Shown: positions 9,581 through 18,298, numbered from the stretch's first letter. The stretch is 64,000 nt of DNA from Fimbriimonadaceae bacterium (GCA_019638795.1 JAHBTB010000003.1:48295-112294), one strand, 5' to 3'. Made by a program: numbers and translations. The notes: generated by a model not told the origin, from the sequence alone.

Positions 9581-11764
9581 ATGCAACGGTCCTTCTTCCT
9601 TGCCGCGGTCATCGCCGTCGCGGCGACCGCCGTCGCCCAGCTTCCTGAGCCGAAGGGCTTTTCGATCCGGCGGCTGACGGACTACCCGCTCGTGCAGGGG
9701 TCGAGCCCCAGCGGCGCGGCGATGAGCCCCGACGGCCGCCACATCGTTTTCAGTTGGAACAAGACGGGCCAGCGGATGAAGGACACATGGGTCGTGGACT
9801 TCCCCGACGGTGAGCCGCGACAGATCGTCGCCAGCAAGGACATCCCCCGCTTTCCCATGCAGGAGGACAAGCGCACCGCCCTGCAGAAAGAGGAGTCGGA
9901 GCTTTATGACGGGGGCATCGGCGGCTACCGCTGGTCGCCCGACAGCAAAGAGATCATGTTCTCCTACCGGGGCCGGACGTGGCTGATGAAGCCGGACGGC
10001 AGCGGGCTGCACGCCCTCTTCGACACCCAGGAGCAGGTGGGCGGCGCCCAGTACTCCCCCGACGGCAAGGCGATCTCCTTCACGCGGGGGGGCGACGTCT
10101 ACCGCTACGACCGGGCGACCGGCCACGTCACCCAGCTCACCTTCCTGCCCAACGGGCAGAGCGTCGGCGGGGTCTGGTGGTCGCCGGACAGCAAGACGCT
10201 GGCCGTGCAGTGGCAGGACAGCAGCCGGATCGGCCGCCACGTGATGATGGACTTCACGAAAGACCGCGCCGAGGTGGTGAACATCAGCCGGGGCTGGCTC
10301 GGCGAGATGGGCCAGAACGTGCAGGTCGGGTTTGTGCCCGCCACGGGCGGGGCGATCAAGTTCGTCCCCGGCATCCCGCGCTACACCTGGATCACCGACG
10401 CGGCATGGTCGCCCGACAGCCGCCGCTTCGCCTTCTTCCGCATCGACGAGTCTTTCCAGAAGGCGACGATCGCCGTCTGCAACCCGGCCACCGCGCTGCG
10501 CTACGACTGCTACGAGGAGAAGGCCCCCAAGAACTACATCCCCGACTTCCGCAAGCTGGACTGGACGAGGGACAGTTCCAAGATCCTGTTCACCACCGAC
10601 ATCCTGGACGGCAAGTTCGGGTACCGCAGCCTGCTCGCCGTCGACCCCGCCGGGCAGCATGTCGAGAAGGTCTATGCGAAAGACCACGACATCGCCGGGT
10701 TCATGCGCCCGAAGGACAGTGACCGCATCGTCTTGGCCACGTTGGCCCGCAACCCCCTCTACATCGACGTCACGGTCTTGGAGCCGGACGGCAAGACCAC
10801 GACGCACACGGTGTATGAGGACGGCGTGACGACTCCGGCGGCGTTTGACGACGCGACGATGCCCCTGGTGAGCGACGACGGCACCAAGATGGCCAGCCTG
10901 GCGAGCAACCCCACGATCAATTCCGAGCTCTTTGCCCTGGAGCCCAAGCTCAAGCGGATCACGACGAGCCAGTCGGAGGACTTCAAGAAGATCGAATGGG
11001 CCGACGTCAAGCAGGTGAGCTTCCCCGGCCCCGACGGGGCGACGATCTACGGCACCCTCTTCACCAAGAAGGGCCTCGACACGAGCAAGAAGCACCCCGC
11101 CTTCCTGAGCAACATGTACGCGAACTCAGCCCGGGCGAGCTGGGGCGGGTACATCGAGAACTACGCGGCGACAGAGCTCGACATGGTCGTGCTCAAGGTC
11201 AACTTCCGCGCCAGTTGGGGACAGGGCGGCGAGTTCAATTCCGGCTATGCCAAGTCGATGGGGATCATCGACACCCAAGAGGCGGTGGCGGCCAAGAAGT
11301 ACCTGGTCAGCCTGGGCTACGTCGACCCTGACCGCTGCGGCGTGTGGGGCTGGAGCTACGGCGGCTTCCTCACCGACATGATCATGCTCTCCGCGCCGGG
11401 CGAGTTCGACACCGGCGTCGCCGTGGCGAGCGTGACGAACTGGAAGAGCTACAACGAGTGGTACACCCGCCGTCGCCTGGGCTTGCCCAAGGACAACGAG
11501 GAGGTCTACAAGAAGACTTCGCCGATCAGCTACGCCAAGGGCCTGAAGGGCAACCTCTTCCTGATCCACGGCATGCTCGACGACAACGTGCTGTTCCAGG
11601 ACGTCGTGCAGCTCACCGAGCTGATGATCCGGGAGGACAAGCACTTCGACGAGTTCTTCTTCCCCCGCTCTGACCATGGCATCAGCCGCGTCCACGAGAG
11701 GCCGCTCGTGTGGGAGAAGCTGCTAGGATACTTGTACACTAAGCTGAACCGTCCTAAGGAGTGA
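9581..11764 (+). CDS. Secreted S9 family serine peptidase (prolyl oligopeptidase / dipeptidyl aminopeptidase type) with N-terminal beta-propeller
   Basis: Signal peptide. Repeated SPDG/SPDS propeller blades. Catalytic domain with nucleophile motif GWSYGGF and the distal D and H region (HGMLDDNV ... SDHG). Confidence 0.88.
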   Translation: MQRSFFLAAVIAVAATAVAQLPEPKGFSIRRLTDYPLVQGSSPSGAAMSPDGRHIVFSWNKTGQRMKDTWVVDFPDGEPRQIVASKDIPRFPMQEDKRTALQKEESELYDGGIGGYRWSPDSKEIMFSYRGRTWLMKPDGSGLHALFDTQEQVGGAQYSPDGKAISFTRGGDVYRYDRATGHVTQLTFLPNGQSVGGVWWSPDSKTLAVQWQDSSRIGRHVMMDFTKDRAEVVNISRGWLGEMGQNVQVGFVPATGGAIKFVPGIPRYTWITDAAWSPDSRRFAFFRIDESFQKATIAVCNPATALRYDCYEEKAPKNYIPDFRKLDWTRDSSKILFTTDILDGKFGYRSLLAVDPAGQHVEKVYAKDHDIAGFMRPKDSDRIVLATLARNPLYIDVTVLEPDGKTTTHTVYEDGVTTPAAFDDATMPLVSDDGTKMASLASNPTINSELFALEPKLKRITTSQSEDFKKIEWADVKQVSFPGPDGATIYGTLFTKKGLDTSKKHPAFLSNMYANSARASWGGYIENYAATELDMVVLKVNFRASWGQGGEFNSGYAKSMGIIDTQEAVAAKKYLVSLGYVDPDRCGVWGWSYGGFLTDMIMLSAPGEFDTGVAVASVTNWKSYNEWYTRRRLGLPKDNEEVYKKTSPISYAKGLKGNLFLIHGMLDDNVLFQDVVQLTELMIREDKHFDEFFFPRSDHGISRVHERPLVWEKLLGYLYTKLNRPKE

Positions 11765-11766
11765 CT

Positions 11767-12342
11767 ATGAACAAACCCCTCGTCCGGACCGCGGCCCTTG
11801 TCGCCGCCGTCGTCGCCGCCGGCCTCACCGTCGGCCAACAGAACAACGCCACGGGCAAGCCCCTCGCGATGCCCGCCGACAAGGTCGTCACCAAGGCGAC
11901 CAACCAGGCCCAGCGGGACAAGAAGAACGTCCTCGTCATCTTCCACGCCTCCTGGTGCGGTTGGTGCAAGAAGCTGGAGGCGGTCATGGCCGACCCGACC
12001 GTCAAGCCGTTCTTTGACAAGTCGTTCGTGACGACGCACCTCGACGTGCTGGAGAGCCCGGACAAGAAGTACCTGGAGAACGCGGGCGGCGAGGCCCTGC
12101 TGGACAAGTGGCACGGCAAGGACGAGGGCATCCCCTACTTTGTGGTCCTTTCGCCCAAGGGCGAGGTCATGGCCGACTCTCGGTTCGCCGGCAAGGGCGG
12201 CAAGCTGAGCAACATGGGTTGCCCCGCCGAGCCCGAGGAGATCGACGCCTTCATCGCGATGATGAAACGCACGGCCAAGGTCTCTGCCGCCGACGAGAAG
12301 GCCCTGAGGGCTCGGTTCGCTAAGGTGAAGTCGGGCGGCTGA
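11767..12342 (+). CDS. Secreted thioredoxin-fold protein (CxxC)
   Basis: Signal peptide MNKPLVRTAALVAAVVAAG. Motif FHASWCGWCKKLE (WCGWC redox motif). The ATG lies 2 nt after the S9 peptidase stop; the track start at 11761 (GTG) overlaps that stop. Confidence 0.8.
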   Translation: MNKPLVRTAALVAAVVAAGLTVGQQNNATGKPLAMPADKVVTKATNQAQRDKKNVLVIFHASWCGWCKKLEAVMADPTVKPFFDKSFVTTHLDVLESPDKKYLENAGGEALLDKWHGKDEGIPYFVVLSPKGEVMADSRFAGKGGKLSNMGCPAEPEEIDAFIAMMKRTAKVSAADEKALRARFAKVKSGG

Positions 12343-13057
12343 CGAGGCGGCCCAACCACTCGACCACCGCCCCCGCCACCACTTCGGCCCGCTTGGACAT
12401 GAGCGGGCCGACGTGGCTCATGCCGCGGTATTCGTGGACAGCCGCCCCCGCCCATCGGGCGAGGGCCAACGAGTCCGCGGGCGGGACGTCGGTGTCGGCG
12501 TCACCGACCACGACCAGAGTCGGACACGACGGCTTCGCGCACGGCACCCCTCGGCGCAGGGCGTCGATGACCGACCCCGACTCGTCACGCCACCGCTTCC
12601 AGGCGTACTGGACCATCGCCTCGTCACTGTCGGGCATGGCGTCCACGGTGTCCTGGAGCGGCCCCCCCGCCCACTTCACGACCGGCGGGCTGGGAGCACC
12701 GGCTCGGCGACTGCCGACCCCGGCAGGGGCGACCGCGTTCACCAAGACGACGGCGGCGGGCGACTTCCCCTCGGCCGCCTTCAGGACGAGCGGCCCGCCC
12801 ATACTCGCGCCGACCAAGACGAACCGGCCCTGTCGAGGGAGCCAAGACTTGACCTGGCGCACGTAGTCGGAGAAGGTGGTCTTGGCCAAGCCACCCTTGG
12901 CGGGCACCAAGTCGCGGGCGACGACGGGATACCCGGCCCGTTCGAACTCACGCTTCCAGACCACGTATTCCCAGCCGCCGCCTCCCGCACCGTGGACCAT
13001 GACCACGGTCGGCTTCATCAACGCCTGTCCCATCACCACGAGCGGCACCACGAGCAT
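12320..13057 (-). CDS. Alpha/beta hydrolase
   Basis: VVMVHGAGGGGW oxyanion region and GASMGG nucleophile elbow (GxSxG). I trimmed to ATG at 13057, because the longer track ORF (to 13192) would run into xth. Confidence 0.75.
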   Translation of the reverse strand: MLVVPLVVMGQALMKPTVVMVHGAGGGGWEYVVWKREFERAGYPVVARDLVPAKGGLAKTTFSDYVRQVKSWLPRQGRFVLVGASMGGPLVLKAAEGKSPAAVVLVNAVAPAGVGSRRAGAPSPPVVKWAGGPLQDTVDAMPDSDEAMVQYAWKRWRDESGSVIDALRRGVPCAKPSCPTLVVVGDADTDVPPADSLALARWAGAAVHEYRGMSHVGPLMSKRAEVVAGAVVEWLGRLVSRPTSP

Positions 13058-13059
13058 GT

Positions 13060-13830
13060 CTACACCTTCAAGTTGAAGACGACGGGGGCATGGTCGCTCG
13101 GCTTTTCCTTGCCCCGGGCCTCCTTGTCCACCCAGCACCCCCCCGCCGAGGCGAGGAGCGGTTCCGTCACGTAGACATGGTCGATGCGCCAACCCAGGTT
13201 GCGCTCAAAGCTCATCGGGATGCGGAAGTCCCAGAAGGTGTAGTAGCCCGGGTCGTCTCCCTGCAGGCGGAACACGTCCGTCCACCCCCACTCCTTGATC
13301 CGGGCCAGCCGGGCGAACTCGTCGGGGTGGTGCCCGACACCGCCGAGCATACGGGCCGAGTCATAGACGTCGGCAGGGGTCGGGGCGATGTTCATGTCGC
13401 CGAGCCACACGGCCTTGTCAGAGGGGGACGCGACCTCCGAGCAGAACGTGGCGAACTGGTCGAGCCAGGCCAGCTTGTACTCCCACTTGTCGGTGCCCAC
13501 GACCGTCCCGTTGGGGACATAGGTGTTGACGACCAAGACGCCGTCGAACAGGGCCCTGACGACGCGGCAGTCGTCGGCCCAACCGGCTGAATAGCCAAAG
13601 ACGACGTCTTGGGGCGGGGCCTTGCTCAGGAAGGCGACCCCGTTGTACGTCTTTTGGCCATGGAACACGACGTGGTACCCCGCCGCCTCCAACTCGGCCC
13701 GTGGGAACTTGTCGTCCTCGACCTTTGTCTCCTGCATCGCCACGACATCGGGCTGCGCCTCCTCCAGCCACTCCAAGACCCGAGGTAACCGGGCACGGAC
13801 GGAGTTCACGTTGTAGGTGGCCAGACGCAC
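13060..13830 (-). CDS. xth: Exodeoxyribonuclease III / AP endonuclease
   Basis: VRLATYNVNSVRARL ... VVAMQETK ... WRIDHVY ... SDHAPV motifs of the ExoIII family. GTG at 13830 gives 256 aa. The track's extension to 14313 is antisense to the neighbouring flavoprotein gene and was rejected. Confidence 0.9.
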   Translation of the reverse strand: MRLATYNVNSVRARLPRVLEWLEEAQPDVVAMQETKVEDDKFPRAELEAAGYHVVFHGQKTYNGVAFLSKAPPQDVVFGYSAGWADDCRVVRALFDGVLVVNTYVPNGTVVGTDKWEYKLAWLDQFATFCSEVASPSDKAVWLGDMNIAPTPADVYDSARMLGGVGHHPDEFARLARIKEWGWTDVFRLQGDDPGYYTFWDFRIPMSFERNLGWRIDHVYVTEPLLASAGGCWVDKEARGKEKPSDHAPVVFNLKV

Positions 13831-13839
13831 CCCGTCATT

Positions 13840-15090
13840 GTGGTCCAGAATGTGCCCGTGCGCGGACCGGTGGTCGTCGTGGGGGGTGGGGCGGCGGGCA
13901 TCGTCGCCGCGTGGCGGGCCGCGTCCCTTGGCGCACCGGTCTTGCTCCTGGAAAAGACTTCCCGGCTCGGCACCAAGATCCTCATCTCTGGTGGCGGGAA
14001 GTGCAACGTGACCCACGCCGGCACGGTCGAGGAGGTCCTGCGCCCGTTCCCTCGGAACGAGGCCGTGTTCCTGCGTCCCAGCTTCTATCGGTTCCCGCCC
14101 GACCGGATCGTCGCCATGCTCGCCGACCGTGGCCTGACCCTCTACACCCGACCGGACGGACGCATGTTCCCCGACGGGGCCGACGCCAAGGACGTGGTCG
14201 CCCACCTGGCGGCCTATCTCGACGCCGTCGACGTCCGGCTCGAAGCGCCGGTGACTGGCATCGTCCCCGGTCAGGGCGTGCGGTGCGACGGGCACCTTGT
14301 CGAGACGCGGCACGTCGTCTTATGCGTCGGCGGAAGCAGCTTTCCCAAGACCGGCACCACGGGAGACGGGTTCGCCTGGGCCCGCACCGTCGGCCACCGG
14401 GTGGCCCCTGTCCGCGCCGCCCTCGCGCCGGTGGAGTTCCAGGGTGTCACCAGCGACCCTTGCGCCGGGGTCGCCCTGCGTGACGTATTGCTCCGTGCCC
14501 GCCAGAACGGCAAGGTCATCGACAAGTGGCGGGGGGACGTGCTCGTCACCCACCGCGGCCTTTCGGGGCCTGCCGTCCTCGGCATCACCCGGACTGTCGC
14601 CGCGCGGTGGGACGAGGGGCCGGTGGACTTCGAGGTCGACTTGGCCCCGGACACCGGATTTGAGGCCCTCCAGGCTGACATCACCCGATGGAAGACGGGC
14701 GACCCCAACGCCAAACTGGCCCGGGCCCTGGAGGAGTTCGTCCCGACCCGGCTCGTCACCCGGCTGGTCGAGTCGGCCAGCCTCAACGGGGCGACGACGG
14801 CACAACGCCTGACCAAGAAGGACGCCAACAAGCTGGTGGAGACGCTGAAAGCCTGGCGGCTCGGCCGCGTGGCCAAGGTGCTCTTTGACAAAGGCGAGGT
14901 CGTGGCGGGCGGCGTCAGCCTGGACGAGGTCGACCCGCACTCCATGCGGTCTCTCAAGGTGCCGGGGCTTTACCTTGCCGGCGAGGTCCTCGACATCGCC
15001 GGCCCGGTCGGCGGCTACAACCTTCAGGCTGCTTGGTCGACCGGGTTTGTCGCGGGCGAGTCGGCCGCCCAAGACTGGCTCACTTCTTGA
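13840..15090 (+). CDS. HI0933/YhiN (BaiN-like) family NAD(P)/FAD-dependent flavoprotein
   Basis: N-terminal dinucleotide fold VVVVGGGAAGIVAA ... LLEK ... KILISGGGKCNVTH, typical of the family. C-terminal GLYLAGEVLDIAGPVGGYNLQ. GTG start; downstream in-frame GTGs (13852-13870) are possible alternatives. Confidence 0.85.
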   Translation: MVQNVPVRGPVVVVGGGAAGIVAAWRAASLGAPVLLLEKTSRLGTKILISGGGKCNVTHAGTVEEVLRPFPRNEAVFLRPSFYRFPPDRIVAMLADRGLTLYTRPDGRMFPDGADAKDVVAHLAAYLDAVDVRLEAPVTGIVPGQGVRCDGHLVETRHVVLCVGGSSFPKTGTTGDGFAWARTVGHRVAPVRAALAPVEFQGVTSDPCAGVALRDVLLRARQNGKVIDKWRGDVLVTHRGLSGPAVLGITRTVAARWDEGPVDFEVDLAPDTGFEALQADITRWKTGDPNAKLARALEEFVPTRLVTRLVESASLNGATTAQRLTKKDANKLVETLKAWRLGRVAKVLFDKGEVVAGGVSLDEVDPHSMRSLKVPGLYLAGEVLDIAGPVGGYNLQAAWSTGFVAGESAAQDWLTS

Positions 15091-15847
15091 AGACTTTCCG
15101 GAACAGGTCGGTCATCAGCGCCCACGAGTTTTTGTCTGCTTCGGCGTTGTAGGCCATTCCCCGCGAAGGGTCGTTGCCCGCCATGGGTTGGGTGAAGCCA
15201 TGGACGGCCCCCTTGTACCACACCATTTGGTAGTCCACGTGGTGGCTCTTGAACTCGTCCTCCATCGCGGCGATCTTCTCCGGGCTGCTCGAATGGTCCT
15301 CGGTGCCGTGCAGGACGAGGATCTTGCCCTTGATCTTCGCGCCGTCGGCCTTGTTCGTGCTGTCCAACCCGCCATGGAAGCAGACGGCGGCCTTCACGGG
15401 GGCCCCCGTCCGGGCCAGCTCCAAGGCCCCGGTGCCGCCGAAGCAGTAGCCGATGACCGCCGTCCGGGCCTTGTCGACGTGCGACTGGGCCAGCATCGCG
15501 TGGTACCCGGCCAAAAGCCGCTCACGGAACAGCTTCCGGTCGGCGTTGCGGTACTTGCCGGCGAGTTGTCCGGCCTGGGCACCGTTCACGCCGGCACGGA
15601 CGCCCTTGCCGTAGATGTCGCAGGCAAAGGCGACGTATCCCAACTCGGCGAGCTGCCTCGCGCGCCCCTTCTCATAGTCGCTCAGGCCCGTCCACTGATG
15701 CACGACCATCACGGCGGGGACGTTGGCCTTCAGGTTTTTGGGATAGGCGACGTAGCCCTGGCACGTCACGTCGCCGTCCTTGTAATCGACGTCTTTGGCG
15801 ACGATCTGCGGGGCCATGACGGCATGGAGGGCAAGAAGAGTCAACAT
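15080..15847 (-). CDS. Dienelactone hydrolase family protein
   Basis: Nucleophile elbow with Cys (IGYCFGG), plus GKILVLHGTEDH and the VHGF region typical of DLH-fold enzymes. Confidence 0.85.
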   Translation of the reverse strand: MLTLLALHAVMAPQIVAKDVDYKDGDVTCQGYVAYPKNLKANVPAVMVVHQWTGLSDYEKGRARQLAELGYVAFACDIYGKGVRAGVNGAQAGQLAGKYRNADRKLFRERLLAGYHAMLAQSHVDKARTAVIGYCFGGTGALELARTGAPVKAAVCFHGGLDSTNKADGAKIKGKILVLHGTEDHSSSPEKIAAMEDEFKSHHVDYQMVWYKGAVHGFTQPMAGNDPSRGMAYNAEADKNSWALMTDLFRKVFKK

Positions 15848-15918
15848 ACACCTATTCTAATGCCCCTCTCCCGGAAAATCTCCGGGCAAGGACGCCCGTT
15901 TGTCAGAACGTTGCGTCA

Positions 15919-16974
15919 TCAGGCGGCCTTGCGGGGGCGGGCCCATTGCCCGACCATCCCGCCAAAGACAACGGTCCAGGCCGCGACGGCGGCCCACAAG
16001 AAGACACGCGGAATGCCCATCAGAAAGCCGAGCCCCAGCACGGTGTCCATCTCATAAGTGGCGACGGTGTACATCCCCAAGGGGAAGACGGCCCCCCAAT
16101 ACTGAGGGTCGTAGACCAACGGAAACCGACGGATGACGTGCCGCCAAATCCCCAAGACAACGAGCATCGGTATCCACCATGTGCCCGTCACCCAAAAGAA
16201 CACAGTGAAACCCTTCATAAACGGTGCGAGTGACGCAAGGATCGGCAATTCCGGGGCGTTCCTGATCAGGAGAGAACCCGCTAATGTCGAGATCGCCATG
16301 GCTCCCATGTTGATCCAGTAAGGCGGCGCTAGGTCGCCGGGCGAAAACTTGAAAAAAGTGTAACGATAAAAGATCAAAGAGATCATCCAGATGTACAACA
16401 TGCCACCGGCAAGCCAATAGGAGACGGCGATGAAGTTGGTCACCGTCCGGTGAGGCTCGGCCATATAAGGTGCGAGCAAGGCTCCGAGCACCGCGATGGC
16501 TTGGGTCGCCACGACGGTAAGGAGCCAAGCCCCCGTGATGCCTTCGTCAAGAGACGGCTTGTTCTCCTTCACCGTGAAGGCGGTGAATATGGTGTAAGTC
16601 AACACGACCCAAAGGACGATGCCCGCCGCCCACAGGCCCACGGCGACCGGGAAGTTACCGCCGATCCGGATGTACTGGCTACCGAGGACGCATGTCGCCG
16701 CCACCCAAGTGAAGAACCCGGGGCCCTTGCGGTGGTCGACCAAGTCTTCGATCATCCGCCTCGGAAACCACAGGAGTCGCAGGCCGTTGAGCACGACAAG
16801 CACGACATAGGCGATCGAGTTGAAAACGAAGAGGGCCTGGGGCAAGACCGGCAGCTGGAAGCGAAAAGTGGCGATGGAGACAATTCCCGTCGCCATGACG
16901 AGCGCGAAGTACGCGGGGGTCAGGTCCCTTACCATCGACCTGATATCCCAAGACCTGCTTGGCATGTTGGCCAA
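15919..16974 (-). CDS. TDT family (TehA/Mae1-like) tellurite-resistance / C4-dicarboxylate transporter
   Basis: 351 aa with about 10 hydrophobic helices. The N-terminus (LTPAYFALVMATGIVS) resembles the TehA/SLAC1 family. Visibly AT-richer than its surroundings. Confidence 0.7.
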   Translation of the reverse strand: MANMPSRSWDIRSMVRDLTPAYFALVMATGIVSIATFRFQLPVLPQALFVFNSIAYVVLVVLNGLRLLWFPRRMIEDLVDHRKGPGFFTWVAATCVLGSQYIRIGGNFPVAVGLWAAGIVLWVVLTYTIFTAFTVKENKPSLDEGITGAWLLTVVATQAIAVLGALLAPYMAEPHRTVTNFIAVSYWLAGGMLYIWMISLIFYRYTFFKFSPGDLAPPYWINMGAMAISTLAGSLLIRNAPELPILASLAPFMKGFTVFFWVTGTWWIPMLVVLGIWRHVIRRFPLVYDPQYWGAVFPLGMYTVATYEMDTVLGLGFLMGIPRVFLWAAVAAWTVVFGGMVGQWARPRKAA

Positions 16975-16989
16975 GTATGGCCGCTAGGA

Positions 16990-17019
16990 GGCCCGGGGCG
17001 GCATGCGTCGTCCCGGGCC
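16990..17019 (-). terminator. GC-rich hairpin downstream of the PEP-CTERM gene
   Basis: GGCCCGGG (16990-16997) pairs with CCCGGGCC (17012-17019) around a 14-nt loop. It starts 11 nt past the stop at 17030. There is no clear U-tract on the minus strand. Confidence 0.35.
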
Positions 17020-17029
17020 TTAAACGTTC

Positions 17030-17620
17030 TCAGTTTTTGGCTGATCGGCGGCGTGCCACCAGCCCTAGGAGGCCGAGACCCAAGGCCATCGTCGCCGGCT
17101 CGGGCACCGACTCCGTTTTGAAGTTCGGGCCGAAGTAACCGACGATGCCGTTGCTGCTCGTCGGCGGTTGTAAAAAGTTACCCACGGCAAATTGGTCGAC
17201 ACCATACGTGATCCGGGGGTCGACCCACAAGGACGCAGGCGACCACGCGTATTCGTCCACAAGTCCACTGCTGCCCATGATCACGTATTCACCAGGCAGC
17301 AGGGGGGTCGGCGCGCAAGCCGTATACCGGAAACCTGAGTCCAGAGGGTCGCCTGGCGCGACGAAGCCTGCGACAAGAAGGGTTAACGAACTGTCGTAGA
17401 TACCGACCTCATGGCCTTCGACAAGGTCGTCACCGGTGTAGTCGTAGTAACCCAAGGCTTGGACGAGGACGGGGACGTTGACGGTGAAAGTCCAACCTAG
17501 TGAGTAGCCAGTGCCATTGTTCCAAGTGGTCGCCGGGTCAGGCACGATGTCCACCATACCGATGGCAAACGCCCGCGTGCACGAAACGGCAAGAAGTGAG
17601 GCAGCAATCAAACGTTTCAT
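17030..17620 (-). CDS. PEP-CTERM sorting-domain protein
   Basis: Signal peptide MKRLIAASLLAVSCTRAFA. C-terminal VPEPATMALGLGLLGLVARRRSAKN, i.e. PEP motif + TM helix + basic tail. Lower G+C than the window average by eye. Confidence 0.85.
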   Translation of the reverse strand: MKRLIAASLLAVSCTRAFAIGMVDIVPDPATTWNNGTGYSLGWTFTVNVPVLVQALGYYDYTGDDLVEGHEVGIYDSSLTLLVAGFVAPGDPLDSGFRYTACAPTPLLPGEYVIMGSSGLVDEYAWSPASLWVDPRITYGVDQFAVGNFLQPPTSSNGIVGYFGPNFKTESVPEPATMALGLGLLGLVARRRSAKN

Positions 17621-17646
17621 TATCTGTCACCTATTATCAATCAATG

Positions 17647-17669
17647 CGATGCACAGACCGATGCACGGA
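17647..17669. promoter_or_regulatory. Direct repeat CGATGCAC(A/G)GA x2 with 12-bp period in a divergent AT-richer spacer
   Basis: Read directly: 17647-17657 CGATGCACAGA and 17659-17669 CGATGCACGGA. It lies between the PEP-CTERM gene start (17620) and the Cys/His-rich ORF. TGTCACC also occurs at 17625 and 17692, flanking it. Confidence 0.3.
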
Positions 17670-17824
17670 TTGTCCTTCGGAAAATGACAATTGTCACCAA
17701 ACAAGAACACCAAACCAGTAGTTTTACGAGGTTGCTAAAGCACTCGCGACGAGGTGAGTCGAGGAGGGTCAAGCTAGGAGCGTCCGGGCCCGGGCCGACC
17801 CAAAGGCGGTATAGTCGCGACGAC

Positions 17825-18232
17825 GTGGGTAGGCTGGCCTTTTGGCTCTGCAGGGTGTTTGTCGCGGTGCTCCTTGTCGGCACCCAGGTGCACCTCTGCC
17901 TGCCCGAGTACGCCACGGCGACGGGCGACCCGTGCACCAAATGCCAAGGCCTGACCGACAACATAGCCCAGCCTCTGGGAGACTTTGCCCTCGTCGGCGC
18001 CCACGGCGACTGCCACGACTGTTGCTTTGTCAAGCCTTGCGACGACCACCAGCCACCACGGCCGGTGTCGCCTTCCAGCCCCCTGGTCTGGCAATGCCTG
18101 GCTCCGTGCCAGTTTGAGTTGACTTTGCCGGTCCTCGACCAAGACGACTTGCCCTCGTGGGGCGCCGTCGTCACCCACTTGGCCACCGGGCCCCCGCGCG
18201 CCACCACCCCCCGCGCCCCTCCTGCTTCCTGA
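17825..18232 (+). CDS. Small Cys/His-rich membrane-anchored protein, putative metal-binding accessory of the czc operon
   Basis: Of four overlapping track ORFs here, only this + frame has almost uniformly G/C third positions. It encodes one N-terminal hydrophobic helix (LAFWLCRVFVAVLLVGTQV), then 10 Cys and 5 His in about 135 aa, including GAHGDCHDCCFVKPCDDH. It ends 66 nt before czcC. The start is uncertain (GTG at 17825 chosen). Confidence 0.6.
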   Translation: MGRLAFWLCRVFVAVLLVGTQVHLCLPEYATATGDPCTKCQGLTDNIAQPLGDFALVGAHGDCHDCCFVKPCDDHQPPRPVSPSSPLVWQCLAPCQFELTLPVLDQDDLPSWGAVVTHLATGPPRATTPRAPPAS

Positions 18233-18298
18233 CTCTGAGCACGCCGCCTGACGCCGACGCGTCGGGCCCCGTCCCCATTTCAGGAACCAGAAGCAACC

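Noticed and set aside
13831-14313. 161-codon N-terminal extension of xth in the ORF track. Similar extensions occur for dtd (to 38757), purL (to 52715), dapA (from 59513), aroA (from 57590), the hydrolase (to 13192) and others.
   Set aside because: The track picks the most upstream ATG/GTG/TTG. The extensions overlap well-supported neighbouring genes, lack homology to the respective families, and the conserved N-termini start at internal start codons.
17625-17698. Shared GTCACC core between the 11-bp tandem repeat at 5.9 kb and the TGTCACC copies in the 17.6-kb spacer, as evidence for a common binding protein.
   Set aside because: A 6-7-mer is expected to recur by chance many times in 64 kb of high-GC DNA. 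There is no extended similarity around the core.
17641-18207. 188-aa minus-strand ORF, plus 17774-18178 (-) and 17842-18117 (+), overlapping the Cys/His-rich ORF.
   Set aside because: Their codons do not show the strong G/C third-position bias seen in the + frame ending at 18232. Their translations are Arg/Gly/Pro-rich with no features.
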